From the NCBI GenBank assembly GCA_964199315.1, contig OZ116707.1:62001-126000 (forward strand): a stretch of 64,000 nt of DNA, written 5' to 3'. The position numbers were made by a program, and so were the translations under genes. The DNA comes from Orbicella franksi. Its lineage: Eukaryota. Each line of letters starts with the position of its first letter. Within the stretch, counting starts at the first letter, position 1. Shown here piece after piece: positions 24,526 to 38,088 of the stretch. Below the pieces are notes generated by a model, which was not told the DNA's origin, made no database searches, and saw only the letters and a list, made by a program, of their open reading frames with translations.

Positions 24526-27203
24526 GGCAGACAGTGAACAGTTGAATTTACATCAGTTGGTACATTGACAATGTTTCCATGAATTGACAACTGGGCACCT
24601 CTTGGTAGCTCACAAATTTGCATAAATGGAATACGAGGTGATATAAGCCGTTCTTCCAATGGTGTTAAATTTAACAAGTCAGGTTTTTTAGGAAAACTAA
24701 TTTTATTGGCTTTAGAGAGGCTGGGAAGCTTGCCTTTCTTTAGATTTGAGTCACAAGTTCTGCAAATCCATTCAATATTTTCTACACTTCTCACCCCACT
24801 GACACAAGACTCAACAAGATCTTGTGAACATGCCTTATACCTGTTAGCATTACATTTCAATGCTGAAGACTTATAGCACAACTGGTCACAGCAGGTACAT
24901 ATGTATTCTGGGCCACATTTAATGTTTTTGTGAAACAAATTTATCAAAGAAATAACACTGCTTTCATTTTTCTCTGTTTGTAACAACTGATCATTATTAG
25001 TTGATACATGTGATGACTTTTGAGCATTTTCAAATTGATTTTCATTGGCTGGTATAGTCATATTTAACTAATTCAATAGTTTGAATTTAGTGGTTCTCCT
25101 GACTTTAGTATTTCTGTTTACTTGCTCAATGTGTTCTGGGCTATCTGCTTTCCGTTTCCTAAAACTCTGTTTATCAATTTCTTTTCTATGTTCTGGATTT
25201 TTTGCTTTCTGTTTCTTAAAACTCTGTTTTTCAATTTCTTTTCTCTGTTCTGGATTCATTTCTTTACGTTTTCTGAAGGACTTTTAGTCAATTTCTCTGA
25301 CCTGTTCTGGATTCTTAACCTTTTGTCTTCTAGATGACTTTTTTGCAATTTCCTTTATGTGATCTGGGTTCTCAGCTTTCCGTTTCCTTTTAGACTTTTT
25401 GTCAATTTCTCTTCCGTGTTCTGGGTTGGTTATTTTCCTTTTAGTGACAGTTTGGTTCATTTTCTCCCTAAGTGTTTCAACATTGTTGTACCTTTGCACA
25501 GGATTTTAATTCTCTCTTTTTCTAAAATCTGCATTGGCTCTTCTCTTTTTCATGTATTCTTTCATGTAACCTCAATCAGCTCTGCGTTTTCATCTTTATC
25601 AATTATTTTTTTTCAACTACACTTTGATCACATGTTTTGTTGTTTGCTACCGGTCAATTTCTCTTTTTTACCGTAGAAACGTAATGAGTTTCACTTATGT
25701 GTCCAATGTAAATGTTTGTGCGTTCTCCTGTCACATTCACTGCTTGAACAACAGTGACAGGAGCAAAAGTTTCAAATGACTTGGCAATATGAATTGACAA
25801 ATTTAGACAATTGGCCACTACTTGAATTATGATTGCATCAGCCCATGTTCCCTGACATGACATATTGTTCAAATAGTCTTGCCAAGAATGATCAGTGTTA
25901 CTCTCTATGAACTGTTCAGGGTTCTCCAGTAAATACTGGACACCAAGGCTACATACATGAGAATGGTTATTAGGATTACCATAAAGTTGATGTGAAACAG
26001 CTTGAAAGAAGCAATCACCACCTCCTCCAACTTCAACTGCCATTCCATTTAATTCAGACAACCTAGTTTCCAATAATGAAACTGAATTGGTAATTGAGGA
26101 GTGATGTGCCACTAAATTACAAGTAGTGGTCGCGCTGCACTAATTTGATGGCCCCGGATTCTCTTCAACATCACCACTTAGAGATGACCCTGTGAGATAC
26201 ACAACAAGTTTCGACCCAACAGCATTTTAATTTCTTTAATGATCTCCCGTCACCACACATACAAAATAAGGGTGACTTCTTGTGCTTTAATGTTCTCAGC
26301 CACACAACACATAGGTACACATTTTGGCTGAGGGAGAACTTTTTTGACAGTAATAAAAATTTAGATCTGACTAACTGTTTACTGAAATAACAACAATTAC
26401 GTGCAGACAGGAAAGTTTTAGTTCAGATGAACTTGGAATGCTTCTTTTAAGGTGTGATTTCGCTGCATTTTGAAAAACTTTTGTTTTTTTTTGAACAGTT
26501 TGATGATTCTCCTATATGGAATTCTGGAAGGTTCTCTTTCATGTTTCCTTCTACAATGCAACCTCCATGTACTTGTACAAACGTCAACCGTGGTCCTTGA
26601 TATTCTGCTTTTCATAATTTCATGACTTGGTGAAACACAATATTCGACTGAATTATCAGTTGGCACTTTCACCAGAGGTTCCTGGTTGTCAAATTTGGTT
26701 TTCTCTTTGGCACGTTGGTAAGTTACCGCTGAGGTGTTGCACTCGCATGTCTGGTTGGCAGATCTGGAGAACTGATCAAATTTGGCATTTACCTGCTCAT
26801 GTTTGGCTTTGATTTGCTCGTATTTGGCGATGATTTGTGTGTACTTTACTTTGATTTGTTTGTATTTGGCTTTCTCGCTTTTCATAGTTATGGCATAACT
26901 CCAGTGAGCAGGGAGATTGACGTACTGTATACACGCCCGGTACTTGTCATCGCCTTTAGAGTAACCCTGGCTAGACAACGGTTTTACTGATTTTGCTGTC
27001 CCTGAATATATCCGGGACTGATTACAAGCATCTCCACTCATTGAGGCGCCCATTGCATAGTAGCCCTCCATATAATTTTTAAAATGGCGAACGCAAACAT
27101 TTGTACCCAACTTGTTAGGTGACTTTACGAGCACTTCCCGAGGACAACCGAAGTATGATCGATCTATTAATTGCATTTTCTTTAAAACAAAAAGATTAAC
27201 CAT
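24526..27203 (-). mobile_element. Helentron 5' part: leader ORF, 2A motif, OTU protease, basic repeats, DUF6570-like Cys-rich domain
   Basis: GDVEENPGP (26149-26175); OTU GGGDCFF...WAD...ETHYVST (25654-26112); GPEYICTCCDQL, WICRTC, LEERLISPRIPFMQI..LPRG.Q..IHGNIVNVP. Terminus not found. Confidence 0.85.
25120..25470 (-). repeat. About 57-bp (19-aa) coding tandem repeat, roughly 6-7 copies
   Basis: NPEHRKEIDKQSFRKRKA-type units in ORFs 25068-25259 and 25284-25499. Confidence 0.8.
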
Positions 27204-28321
27204 GATAGAGGATATCCATAAAAAACCTTTTATCGTTTAGGCTACAAACTGTAAGTGCTTACCTGGGCAATGGCACAAAGGCTCTTTTCTAACAACAATG
27301 AATGACTCCAGTACAGAAAACTTCACCAAGCCATTCGGAAACTCAAACTTTATGAACCACTTTCCGACGCTGATGAAGCTCCAGGAATAGCAAACACAGC
27401 CACCTTACAGGAGTCACTTAACAAGCAGTGGGCCGTGGGTGACACTTTAACATCGGTTTTGGCGAGCAGCTCAACTTCGCGAACACTCGAGCCTGCGGTG
27501 GAAGTAAGCAAAAGATCAGTGCATGTTAACACTACTTAATAGACAACATATTTTCCAATTGGGGTTTCCCATATGCGTGGATGGCGTTCAGATACTGCAG
27601 AGCACCTCCCAGTCTAACTTGTTATTTAGAGGTCGATGGATCAAATCTGCAGCACGCAGGATATTTTTCATTTTTCTTAATTTCCTTTTTTTTTTCCTTA
27701 CTTGGAAACACTAATCATTTTCCTGCATACAGTATACACTCAAAAAATAGAAGCATTGATGCATAAATGAAATATACACTGCAACAGCCAAAAGTCTATT
27801 TGGAGATCTAGCAAAATTAATTCACAGATGAAAAACGTATAGTTTTAAACTCTTTTAAGATTATCATTAGCTTCTTTTTCCTCCACCACTATTCTTTGTA
27901 ACAAAGGTCGCCATTTCATTTGTTTATTACTCGCCAAAAACTATCAAATGCATGCAAAAGCCTAAAATCGAAAAAAGTTTACAGGAATCAACCAATCGCG
28001 CGAGTGAGCGAGTGCCATTCCTCACATCATATCTACAACTTGCTCTTGCACATGCGTGCAATTCTTGATTTAAAAATGCCTTCCAAAGAGAAATTAAGGG
28101 AATATAAAAGAAATGTGGCTCCAAGTATGAACTAAGTTGGATTGATCCACACACAAGAAAACAATATCCAACTGGATAGAAAAATGGAAAGAAAATATTT
28201 TACAGGCAAAAATTTTATTGCCCTAAAAAGAGAGGTGTGACACCACCACACTTCTGGGATGAAGACTTTCTTCAAAATTACACCATCCCATTTGTCCAGA
28301 TGAAACACCTCCAGTGTCTAT

Positions 28322-28342
28322 ATACATGCATGCATGCATACA

Positions 28343-28372
<30 letters not shown>
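28322..28372. repeat. (ATAC)n/(ATGC)n microsatellite, possibly the tail of a minus-strand LINE/SINE remnant
   Basis: CATGCATGCATGCATACATACATACATAC... seen directly. Confidence 0.85.
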
Positions 28373-28374
<2 letters not shown>

Positions 28375-28810
28375 GTTTTTGTTGAGGCAGGTTCATTCGT
28401 GGCAACCTAAAGGCTGGTGTGGACCTGCCAGGAACTTAAAATCTGCTCATATATACAAATCTTAATTAACAGAAGCTTAATTTACAAAAATCACAAAAAC
28501 TCAAAAATATAAAAAATCCTTTTGCTTGGATGTTATCACACAGGCCTCCTTTTCAAACTGAATTTGATCTAGTATCTTGGATGGAGAAATGGGGAGAGTA
28601 AACATGGCTGCCAGTCACAGGTGGTTTAAATGGTTCCTACTATATCTGCACCTCATTGTTGTGTTTGAGAAAGCTGGCTTCCCTAAGTATCGTCTTAAAA
28701 ACTGTGCTCAATCTGAAGCATGTTTTGATATCTTTTGGGGCAGTACAAGAAAGGATAGATTAGATTATGAAGGATTATGTTGATTCTACTCTTGGGATCG
28801 ACGAGGATGG

Positions 28811-31800
28811 TGTAGTGTTTCTGTTGTGACGTGTCAGTCAAATGATCACTGGTCTATTATGGGATGCGATGAACCGAAGCATGTGGTCGGAGAAATGGGA
28901 GCAGAAATAAATCTTGTTGTTGTTATTGTATAAGCTCTTTTGGTCTACTTGCGCCCGAACCACCACATTTGGCGACGAGGAAAACCGGATAAAAAGTGGA
29001 TAACGAGTTTAAACAGTGGAAAACTCGCACAGATGGCCGTATCCTTGAGCGGACTGCCAGGTTTACAAACATTCAACGCTGTGGGCGAGCCAGCTACACT
29101 CGCACAATGATGGCTAACTTGGAAAGACGAATTCGAATTGTACGTGACTGCCTCGGGAATCAGCGACCCAACACAGAAGGCGCTTCTACTTCACCTCGCC
29201 GGGCCCCAAGTCAGGGACGTTTTTAATAACTCAATTCCTGCCGACAAACGAGGCGAAGCGAAGGATTACAAGAAAGCTATGGACAGCCTATCTGAACATT
29301 TCAAACCGAGAAAAAATGCGCCGATGGCAAGACAGGCGTTTCTCGCAGCTCAACCAACCGCTGGAGAAACCATTAACAATTTCATCACACACCTGCAGAA
29401 ATTAGCCGAACATTGTGAATACGAAGGTGAAAGGGACAACCAGGTGAGAGATCGTGCAATTTCTTTCATTCAAGACAAAAACCTCAAGGCCAAGTTGTAT
29501 CGCGAAGAAACATTAACATTGAGCAAACTACTGGAAATCGTTAGTCAATACCATGACAAAGAAGCCCTCGTTCTTATCCGTGATGGCCGAGTGAATAACA
29601 TATCTCCAGATGCCAAACAAGGGGGAAAATGTTGGCGGTGCGATAAAGCGGGACACTTCACGAAGGAATGTCTTCGTTCGCATGACCACAAATGCGGGAA
29701 ATGTGGCAACGTGGGTCATTTCGAAGTGTGCTGTCACTCCAAACAGAGTAAAGGGCGAGATTCTAGTCGCAGTTCGAGTCGTGGTCGTGGAAATGAATAC
29801 CGTGGAAACTCTAGAAGAAAGCAAAGCCGTGGACGAAGAGGAGGAAGTTCACAGGGCCAACGTGATGTATGCCAAGTAACCGAAGACGTGACTACTGGAA
29901 ACTCCGCAAGGAAGGATGATTTCTACGTGTTCTACACTGGGGAGACAGATGACGGGAACACTCTGAAGCTGGAGATTGCAGATAAGACTCTCAACGTTAT
30001 TATAGACTCTGGTGCTAGTTGTAATTTAATGTCCGAAGAAGTATTTAACCTTGTAACGGGGGGGTAATGTTAAATTGTTGGAGTGCAACAAAAGAGTTTT
30101 TGCTTATGCATCTGAAGAGCCACTCCAAATCAAAGGAAAATGTAATCTTGATGTACGTGTGCCACAAACCCAAAAGTCACTGAATGTTGAGTTTTATGTT
30201 ATGCTTGGCAAGGCTGCGACGCTATTAGGCCGCGATGCATCTGAGTTGCTTGGTGTTTTAAGGGTTGGTATCCCTGTTAACAGCTGTGATGTTGAATCTG
30301 ATGGTGCTAGTAACAATCCAAAACAAGCAGATAGAAAGGCCTCCCTAAGGGCAAAGTTTCCCAAAGTTTTCCAGGGCGTGGGGAAGCTCAAAGGGTACCA
30401 GCTCAAGTTACACATTGATGAAAAAGTACAACCAGTTGCTCAACCCCCACGCAGAATTCCTTTTAGTAGACGAGAAAAAGTCACGGAGAAATTGGAAGAG
30501 TTACTGAAGCTTGATGTTATCGAAAAAGTAGAGGGACCTACCAGCTGGGTCAACCCCTTAGTAGTGGTCGAGAAGCCTAACGGTGACATTAGAATCTGTC
30601 TAGACATGAGACAAGCGAACCAAGCCATTGTGTGGGAGAAACACCCAGTCTCCACCGTAGAGGAAACACTCCAAGAAGTCTCGAATGCCAAAGTTTTCTC
30701 TAAATTAGATTTAAATATGGCTTTTCACCAAATTGAGTTACACCCAGACTCAAGGGACATTACAACCTTTGCTGCGCCTAATGGCCTTTACAGATACAAG
30801 CGCCTGCTTTTTGGTGTAAACATGGCCACGGAAAAATTCCAGCAAATTGTTTGGCAGATCATCCAAGACTGCCCAGGGGCATACAACCTGCACGATGACC
30901 GACGAGTTGTTGGCACAAATGATGAAGAGCATGACGAAAACTTAGAGAGGGTCATGCGCAAGCTTGAAGAAAGTGGGCTTACGCTTAACTATGATAAATG
31001 TGAAATTGGTGTTGGCAGCATGATCTACATGGGTGATGTACTCTCTGGGGAAGGGCTGAAAGTGTCTAGTCAACGTGTGAAAGCTATTGTTGAGGCACCA
31101 GCACCCCAAAACCCATCAGAAGTAAGAAGTTTTCTTGGCTCCGTGCGGTTCTGTTCAAAGTTCATCCCCAACTTTGCATCAATATTGAGTCCATTGTGGG
31201 ACCTCACCGCAAAAGACATCAAGTGGAAGTGGGGAGTAAAGGAAGCAAAGTCATTCCAAGAGATAAAAGACCAGCTGACTCGTGCACCAGTGATGGCATA
31301 TTTCAGACAGGGCGCAGAAACTCGTCTGACAACTGATGCATCACCAGTGGGAATGGGGCAATTCTGGAACAGAAGCAAAAAGATGGAAGCTACAGGCCAA
31401 TATATTATGCCAGCAGAAAGCTGAGTAAGATTGAAATGAGGTACTCCCAATTTGAAAGAGAAGCTCTGGCTGTAAGGTGGGCTTGTGAAAAGTTCTACTT
31501 GTACCTCTATGGCATTAGCTTTGAAGTCTGCACTGATCACAAGCCTCTTCTCATCGTACTCGGAGCAAAGTCAAAGCCCCCATCAGCACGAATAGAAAGA
31601 TGGCTTCTCTACTTACAGCAGTTCCAATACAAGTTGACACATACGGGGCAAGGACAATGCTGCAGACGTCCTGAGCTGCCTACCGGTGGGTACTACCCAT
31701 GATCACGAAACTCAAGCTGCAGAAGAGTTTGCGTACAGCATAGTAAGTGAGGCTGTACCAGCTGCGTTGGTGCCAAAGGAAGTTGAAATCGCTTCTGAAA

Positions 31801-33409
31801 AAGACCCAACGCTAAAGATGTTACGGCAGGCTGTAATGACAGATGATTGGAGCCAGTTACAAGGCACAATTTACAAAGCAGTTAAAGATGAACTGTGGGT
31901 GATAGGACAGGTGGTGATGAGAGGAAGCCACATCCTCATTCCACAGAGCCATCAAAAGCGCACCATAATCTTGGCTCACGAAGGACACCAAGGTATGGTC
32001 CGAACTAAAGCCAGGTTGCGAGAGAAAGTATGGTGGCCACAAATGGACAAGCAAGTAGAGCAAGCAATACGAACGTGTCACCCCTGCCAGCTTGTCGGAC
32101 CCCGATCCAAACCAGAGCCGGTGAGATCAACCAGACTACCAGACTCCCCGTGGCAAGAAATCTCAGTTGACCTTCTCGAGATTACAAGTGGAGATCACCT
32201 CCTGGTAGTTGTAGACTACTATTCTCGCTGGATCGAAGCTGTCCTTCTCAAGAAAACAGATGCACAAAATGTAATCAAGTCCATGGAGGCTATTTTTAGA
32301 ACACATGGTCTACCAGAGACTGTCCGTAGTGATAACGGACCTCCATTTGCATCCAAGGAATTCGAGGGATTCCTAGAGTATCTAGCAATTGAACACAAAA
32401 AGGGCGTGCCCTATTGGCCCCAAAGCAATGGAGAGGTGGAGCGTTGCAATGAGACCTTACTGAAAATCGTGAGAATCACGCACCTAGAGGGTAAAGATTG
32501 GCAAAAAGCACTCGCAGACTTTCTATTCCAGTACAGAGTTACCCCTCATACTGTTACTGGGATATCACCAGCAGAACTACTGATGGGGAGGAAGCTACGT
32601 GACAAACTTCCAAAAGTCCAAATCCCCAAGGATCGAGTCACTGAAGCACAGTGGCAGCTGCTCTTAAAAGAGAGGGATGCTCATGCTAAACTTAGACAGA
32701 AGGAGTATGCAGACAGAACACGCGCTGCCAAATTCAGCGACATTGAAGAGGGTGATCAAGTCCTACTGAAACAGGTTCGAGAGAACAAACTTTCACCCAA
32801 TTATGAACCTGAGCCATACAAGGTCGTTCACAAAGATGAAAATGCCGTCATACTGGAAGATACCAATGGGAACAATAAAATGCGAAACATAGCCCACATG
32901 AAGAAATTTGTTGCACCTGAAACCACTGAAAAGGAAGACCAGGTACAGCCAGCACAACTACCCCAAGAGCCAGACCAGGTGGAACAAACACATCCAATGA
33001 CAATTGCAAGCCAGCCAGCAGAGGTGCAAGAGACTCCACCCAACCCTTTGCCAGGCGATTCAGTTGTTTTGCGACCTGCGCGCTCTAGACAACCACCCGC
33101 CTATTTAAAAGACTACGTATGCACTTAGTTTTAGAATGTGCAAGAGACATAAAGAGAGAGACTGTTTGTTTTTAAGGACTATTAATTAGATTTGTAATAC
33201 TGTTCATTTAGTTTTTCTCTAGTGCTGACATTTGTAATAACTTAGGGGGAGATGTAGTGTTTCTGTTGTGACGTGTCAGTCACATGATCACTGGTCTATT
33301 ATGGGATGCGATGAACCAAAGCATGTGGTCGGAGAAATGGGAGCAGAAGTAAATCTTGTTGTTGTTATTGTATAAGCTCTTTTGGTCTACTTGCGCCCGA
33401 ACCACCATA
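28811..33409 (+). mobile_element. Ty3/Gypsy LTR retrotransposon 2, full length, inactivated
   Basis: 157-bp LTRs 28811-28967 and 33253-33409 (4 differences by eye); TSD GATGG; PBS TGGCGACGAGGA (tRNA-Ser type); PPT AGGGGGAGA. Confidence 0.96.
29033..33128 (+). pseudogene. Gag-pol of Gypsy 2 with stops and frameshifts
   Basis: Two CCHC knuckles, IIDSGAS, NLHDD, TDASPVG, DHKPL, AHEGHQG...C..C, VDYYS, SDNGPPF, NGEVER. Confidence 0.92.
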
Positions 33410-35168
33410 GATGGCACCATATTGGCTTCGATGCTGGGAGAGCATTTTGTATTAACAGTGGAATAAAACTGAACACATTGCTGTCCCTGTCATTCCTACT
33501 TCTAAGCGGCGATATCTGTCCAAATCCTGGCCCTCATAATGTCTTGGATCCGTGTGGGATTTCTATGAAGTCAGTGAAAAGCAACCAATGTGGAATCTGT
33601 TGTGATTCATGCAATACGTGGTTCCATGTAAGACGACAATGTGTGAACATGCGGCTAGAAAGCTACAGATCGCATGCTGATGATCCCGATCTACAGTGGA
33701 TTTGTAATGTTTGCTTGGAGCTACCAACGAACAAGAGTGATACAAATATTTCTATTGACGACTCCAACCTGGATCCAAACCTGGATCTTATGCAGACAGA
33801 AGGTGGGAAAGGCTGAATACACAGTTGTCAAACAATGCATAAAGTTAAAGTAGTTTAAACTCTAACTTTGTGTTTAGATGTCAAAATTAAAAAGGAATTA
33901 AAAAAACTTTTTCCATGACAAAGTAGCTAGTGGTGGCTGCATTTAATATTTGTTCTTTAAATTTAAGTTGCTGAATTTTACAGAATAATCACTACACCTC
34001 AGCTGGCAATACATATAATCAACACTGCAACTGTTCAATAAACTAATTTGACACGAACTGAGAAAACAAAATCTTGCAAAGTTAAAAATTTTCAAGATGG
34101 TTGTTGACTCTTGCAAAATTTCACTCGTCATGCAAATGTCGTTGAGATGCAGCAAGGCAATTTAAAAAAGCTAATACGGTTTTGCCACTGTTAATGCTTC
34201 ATCAAAATTGTCCACATGGCATGTTTGTCTTTAAGAACCATGTTTTCCCCAAACATGCATAACCACAGCAAATCTTTTCATAACTTGAGATAACTTTCAC
34301 TGATTTAGATAAAATTAACTCCCGATTTTCTCGGATACAAAGAGTTTATGACATGGTCGCATGATCAGTTACATGACTGAGTATTTCTATGAGTGGGCTT
34401 TCACTTACACTTAACTATTCTAAACTTTTCAGCCGATTAAAAGACGTGTGAATGTAAGCCAGATTTCACTCAAAACAGAAAATCTCGGCAGCAAACAAAC
34501 AAAGAAACCAATTCTCTACAATGGTCAGGTGGGGCATATAGTGGTATGACACTCATAGTAACCCTTTGGAGAAGAAGAAGAAAAATGAAGACCCAAATTG
34601 GGTATAGTATATATTTTGTCTTTTTCAAAGATTTGTACTATGCTTTGGGTGTCAGTTTAGAAAGAATGACGGGATGGCAATAGCATTACCCTAACCAAAC
34701 AAATAAAAGCTAACTGCATGCAAACTGGAATGAAACTAGATGCTTTGCTGTGTGTACCCAGGAAGTTGTTATACTGAAAAGCACTAGCAATATTGAAATT
34801 GAGCAAAATGCTCTGGATTTGAAGTCATACTAAATTCAATCAAATCCATGTGCTCAAGCTATTCTGTCTTTGATTGCATTTCTTGGAATCGATTAATAGC
34901 TCTTTACTCATTTGCAGGACTTTAGGTCGTGAAATGAACCTGTTCTCCTTAGCCTTTCTTGTTGTTGCTGTTGTTTTTTTTGCTTTTCTCAAGCAAGCGA
35001 GACATTTTGAATTTCAGAGTTATGTCGGTGCGTAACATAGAGCTACGAACACATTTGTTGAAAAACATATACTTATCTCATGATTTTTTGCCCATTCGGA
35101 AGTTAAAGTATTAGGAAAGGTGCTTATGTAAATACTTGTTTGTTCAGTACAGATAATCAGTCACCTAG

Positions 35169-35450
35169 ATAGCCAAAGTAAGATCCACATGTTTACATTA
35201 TTTTCTGGCCGCAATGTCGGTGTACCGCTGAGGTACACCGACATGGCAGCTCCATACTGGGCTCTGTAAATTTGTGCAAAATACTTCAATGAATATCTGA
35301 GGTTTTAGAAAACGCACAGACTTAAAAATTAGGTAAGTGTCATGTTTATTAATTTTCTATAACATCACAATTTCTTACCGTTACTAAACGGTTTTTGAAT
35401 AATTTTTTCATCGCATCAGGATTGTGTGACAGTGCAAGCCAAGAATTGTT
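35169..35450. repeat. Short non-autonomous interspersed repeat with internal hairpin
   Basis: Perfect 13-bp stem ATGTCGGTGTACC-gctga-GGTACACCGACAT at 35214-35244, followed by CATGGCAGCTCCATACTGGGCTCTGTAAATTT; recalled as a common coral repeat, not verified. Confidence 0.45.
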
Positions 35451-38088
35451 TTGCTGGGGTCAACACACATTAGTTTCTTTCAGCTTAAATGTACAATAAT
35501 TTGGTACATGGGTTTCATTCTTGTAAAGAGACATTACTCTGATACAAAAAATAACAAGAGAATACCCTTTAGTTTGAGATTTTAACTTTATTATACTTTA
35601 CGAAGTTTCTCAGAGCATTTTACTTAGGTGTACTCGAACAGAAAGATACATTTGTAAACTAATTCTCTAACCTTTCTGCTCTTGTTGCTCAGACATTCTT
35701 GAGTTCGTGCTGGGATTCTACTTGGTTCATGATCACGTCTAAAAATATGATGACGTTTCTGAAGATGCTTTTTATCAAGTTGAAGAGTTGATAGTTCCTT
35801 TGGTATAACATGATTCTTGACAAATTTACTCAAAATGTTCACTTGTAAATTGACCTCTCGTACGGCTTGCAGACCGACCCGTTCCGAAAACGCTCAACGT
35901 TCTTTGGTGTTGGTCTGCTGCGAACGGTGTGTTTGTTTGTATGTGATTTGATCACCCCAGAAATCATGGATCTGTACTAACTTTTCACGACAACTTATGT
36001 AAATTCCATGTGCTGTACGCGTGCACAGGTGACGCATTCGGTTTAGAGACCAGACTGCAATTTATGACTGAACGAGGAAAAAAACAAGAGCCAAATTTTA
36101 AACCCAGGCCTCACCGCCTGGGTAACTAACTGCAAGCAAACTGGTTTGAAAGCTTACCACAAGCAAAAGCAGAAATGCAGTTAGCTTTTATTTGTTGGTT
36201 ACATGAAAGATTAGACCTAACGAACTCCATGCCTCAGCCTGATTTTTGTTTTCTTAAAAACTAACTAAAAGTGATCCTCTAATGGAAATGTATAGAGTGA
36301 CTTGTTTCCTCAATCCCGTGCAATATGAAATGAAGACCCCAGTTACGAGTTTGAAGTCTCCAAGTGTACTCAGTTTGCTGATACTGAAATAAGGGCCTCA
36401 TAACATGGCTAATTTCAGCTTTGGTTGAAAACATGTCATGTAATGCCAAATTTCTTTTTAAGAAGTTTTATTCTGGAAGCCGGGCTTAAATATCAGCACT
36501 TCCTAATATATACCTTGATGAAATTTCAGCCTGGGCTGAAATTAGCCAGTAAGAACAGGCCCTTACAGCTGCAACAGGGGCTGTACTGGGATCTAACCTC
36601 TTGCTTGTTAGTTGTGTTCTAAAACAAAAAAAACACAAATCAACAACAACAACTCATTAGTAGTCCAAATGAATGAAAGAATGACAAAATGGCAAAATGA
36701 CAAAATGACAAAAAATGTAAACGTTCATGTTTCAAAGCTAACATTGGCTGCCAGGGAAAAATCTAACTCCAAATACAACTGATAAATTACATATATAAAG
36801 TATAGACAGCTGTAATTTCACACTTCTTTTTCACGATATTTGCTTTAGGTGATTGTGACCTACCATAGTGTGACAAGGTCACTTTAGTTCATTTTCAGTT
36901 CTAATTTTCAAATTATTTTTATTAGTGTTGTCCTTTTATTCTTCTTACTATTTGGGTTATTTTCCTACATTAGTTTGGTTTCCTTACACACCTTATTTTG
37001 GTATGTGTTGGTGATTCATTCCCACACACTTCTCTTAGCTAAATCCTGTTGTGTAGGAGAAGTTACCTCATAGTTCCCTTAGGTAAATCCCGTATTTGTG
37101 GGCAACAAATACACTCCCTTGCCTTATTTAGTTTAGAGTTATTCCTACAGTTTCCTCAAATCTGTAATAAATTGGCAACCATTTGTTCAGCAAATTCAGT
37201 TGATTCAGTTGGTTTATTCTGAGCTACACTCAAGTTCTCAAGTCAAGCACTGGTTTAGTTCAAATGCTATATTCTCAACAACCCTTAGTATGTAATGCAT
37301 TATTTTGTTTCATTTTTACTTTTGTTTAAGGTGTTGGGTTTAGTTGGTTTCACTTATTTCATTAGTTCAGTTAGCAGTCACTATGTAGTTGTCTTTACTA
37401 GTTTTGTGTTTTTGTTTAGTATTATTCCTTTAGCTTTCTTGACCTTTAGTCTAGCACAGCACATAGCTTTATCTCTGTTCCTTTATTTTATAGTTTTTGC
37501 TAGTAAATGTTGCATTATTCGCTTACCACATATCCTTGTTGATTACTTGTGATTGTTTGCACAAATCCAAATTCATTTCTGTTCCTTTACACATTTTGTA
37601 GCATGTTTTTATCACTGTAATTACTTGTGTGACTAGTTTGTACACAGCTTAGCACTATTGTGTAGTCCCATAACTTGAACCTTTTTTAGTTCTGTATCTC
37701 ATGTAATACTCTACAAATGCTGACAGTTTTTGTCACACAATTTCCTGTTTCTTTATTTTTTGTCATGCAATTTTCCTATTGCAATTGTCTTGTTATTTGC
37801 ACCAAATCACTTTGTTATTTCTTAGCTAAGTTAGCTTATTTTGCTTATTTTACTCTCTATTAACATTAGGCTTATCTTAGTTTGTTCATTGTATTTCAGT
37901 GTTACTCGTTCCCGTTTATTTCGTTTCTGTTGTTATTGTCTCCACTATCTTTGTCAATAAACTCTTAAATCGTACACTTGTATCTGTCATTACTATGTCA
38001 ACCTTTTTGGCCGTCTTACAGTTTGGTGTCAGGAGTGGGATATGAGTTCTTCATGTAGAGTTAAAACGGGAATGGGCAAACTACAAGG

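Larger units (their letters stand above)
28604..33815 (+). mobile_element. 5' fragment of a LINE-like ORF (hydrophobic leader, 2A-like DICPNPGP, PHD finger), split by Gypsy 2
   Basis: Removing 28811-33414 gives ...EGLC*FYSWDRRGW-HHIGFDAG...LLLSGDICPNPGP...CG..SVKSNQCGICCDSCNTWFH...WICNVC in one frame. Confidence 0.7.

Noticed and set aside
35624-35842. ORF containing HEPSRIP, like EPSRIP in the Helentron leader
   Set aside because: Match too short; no other support.
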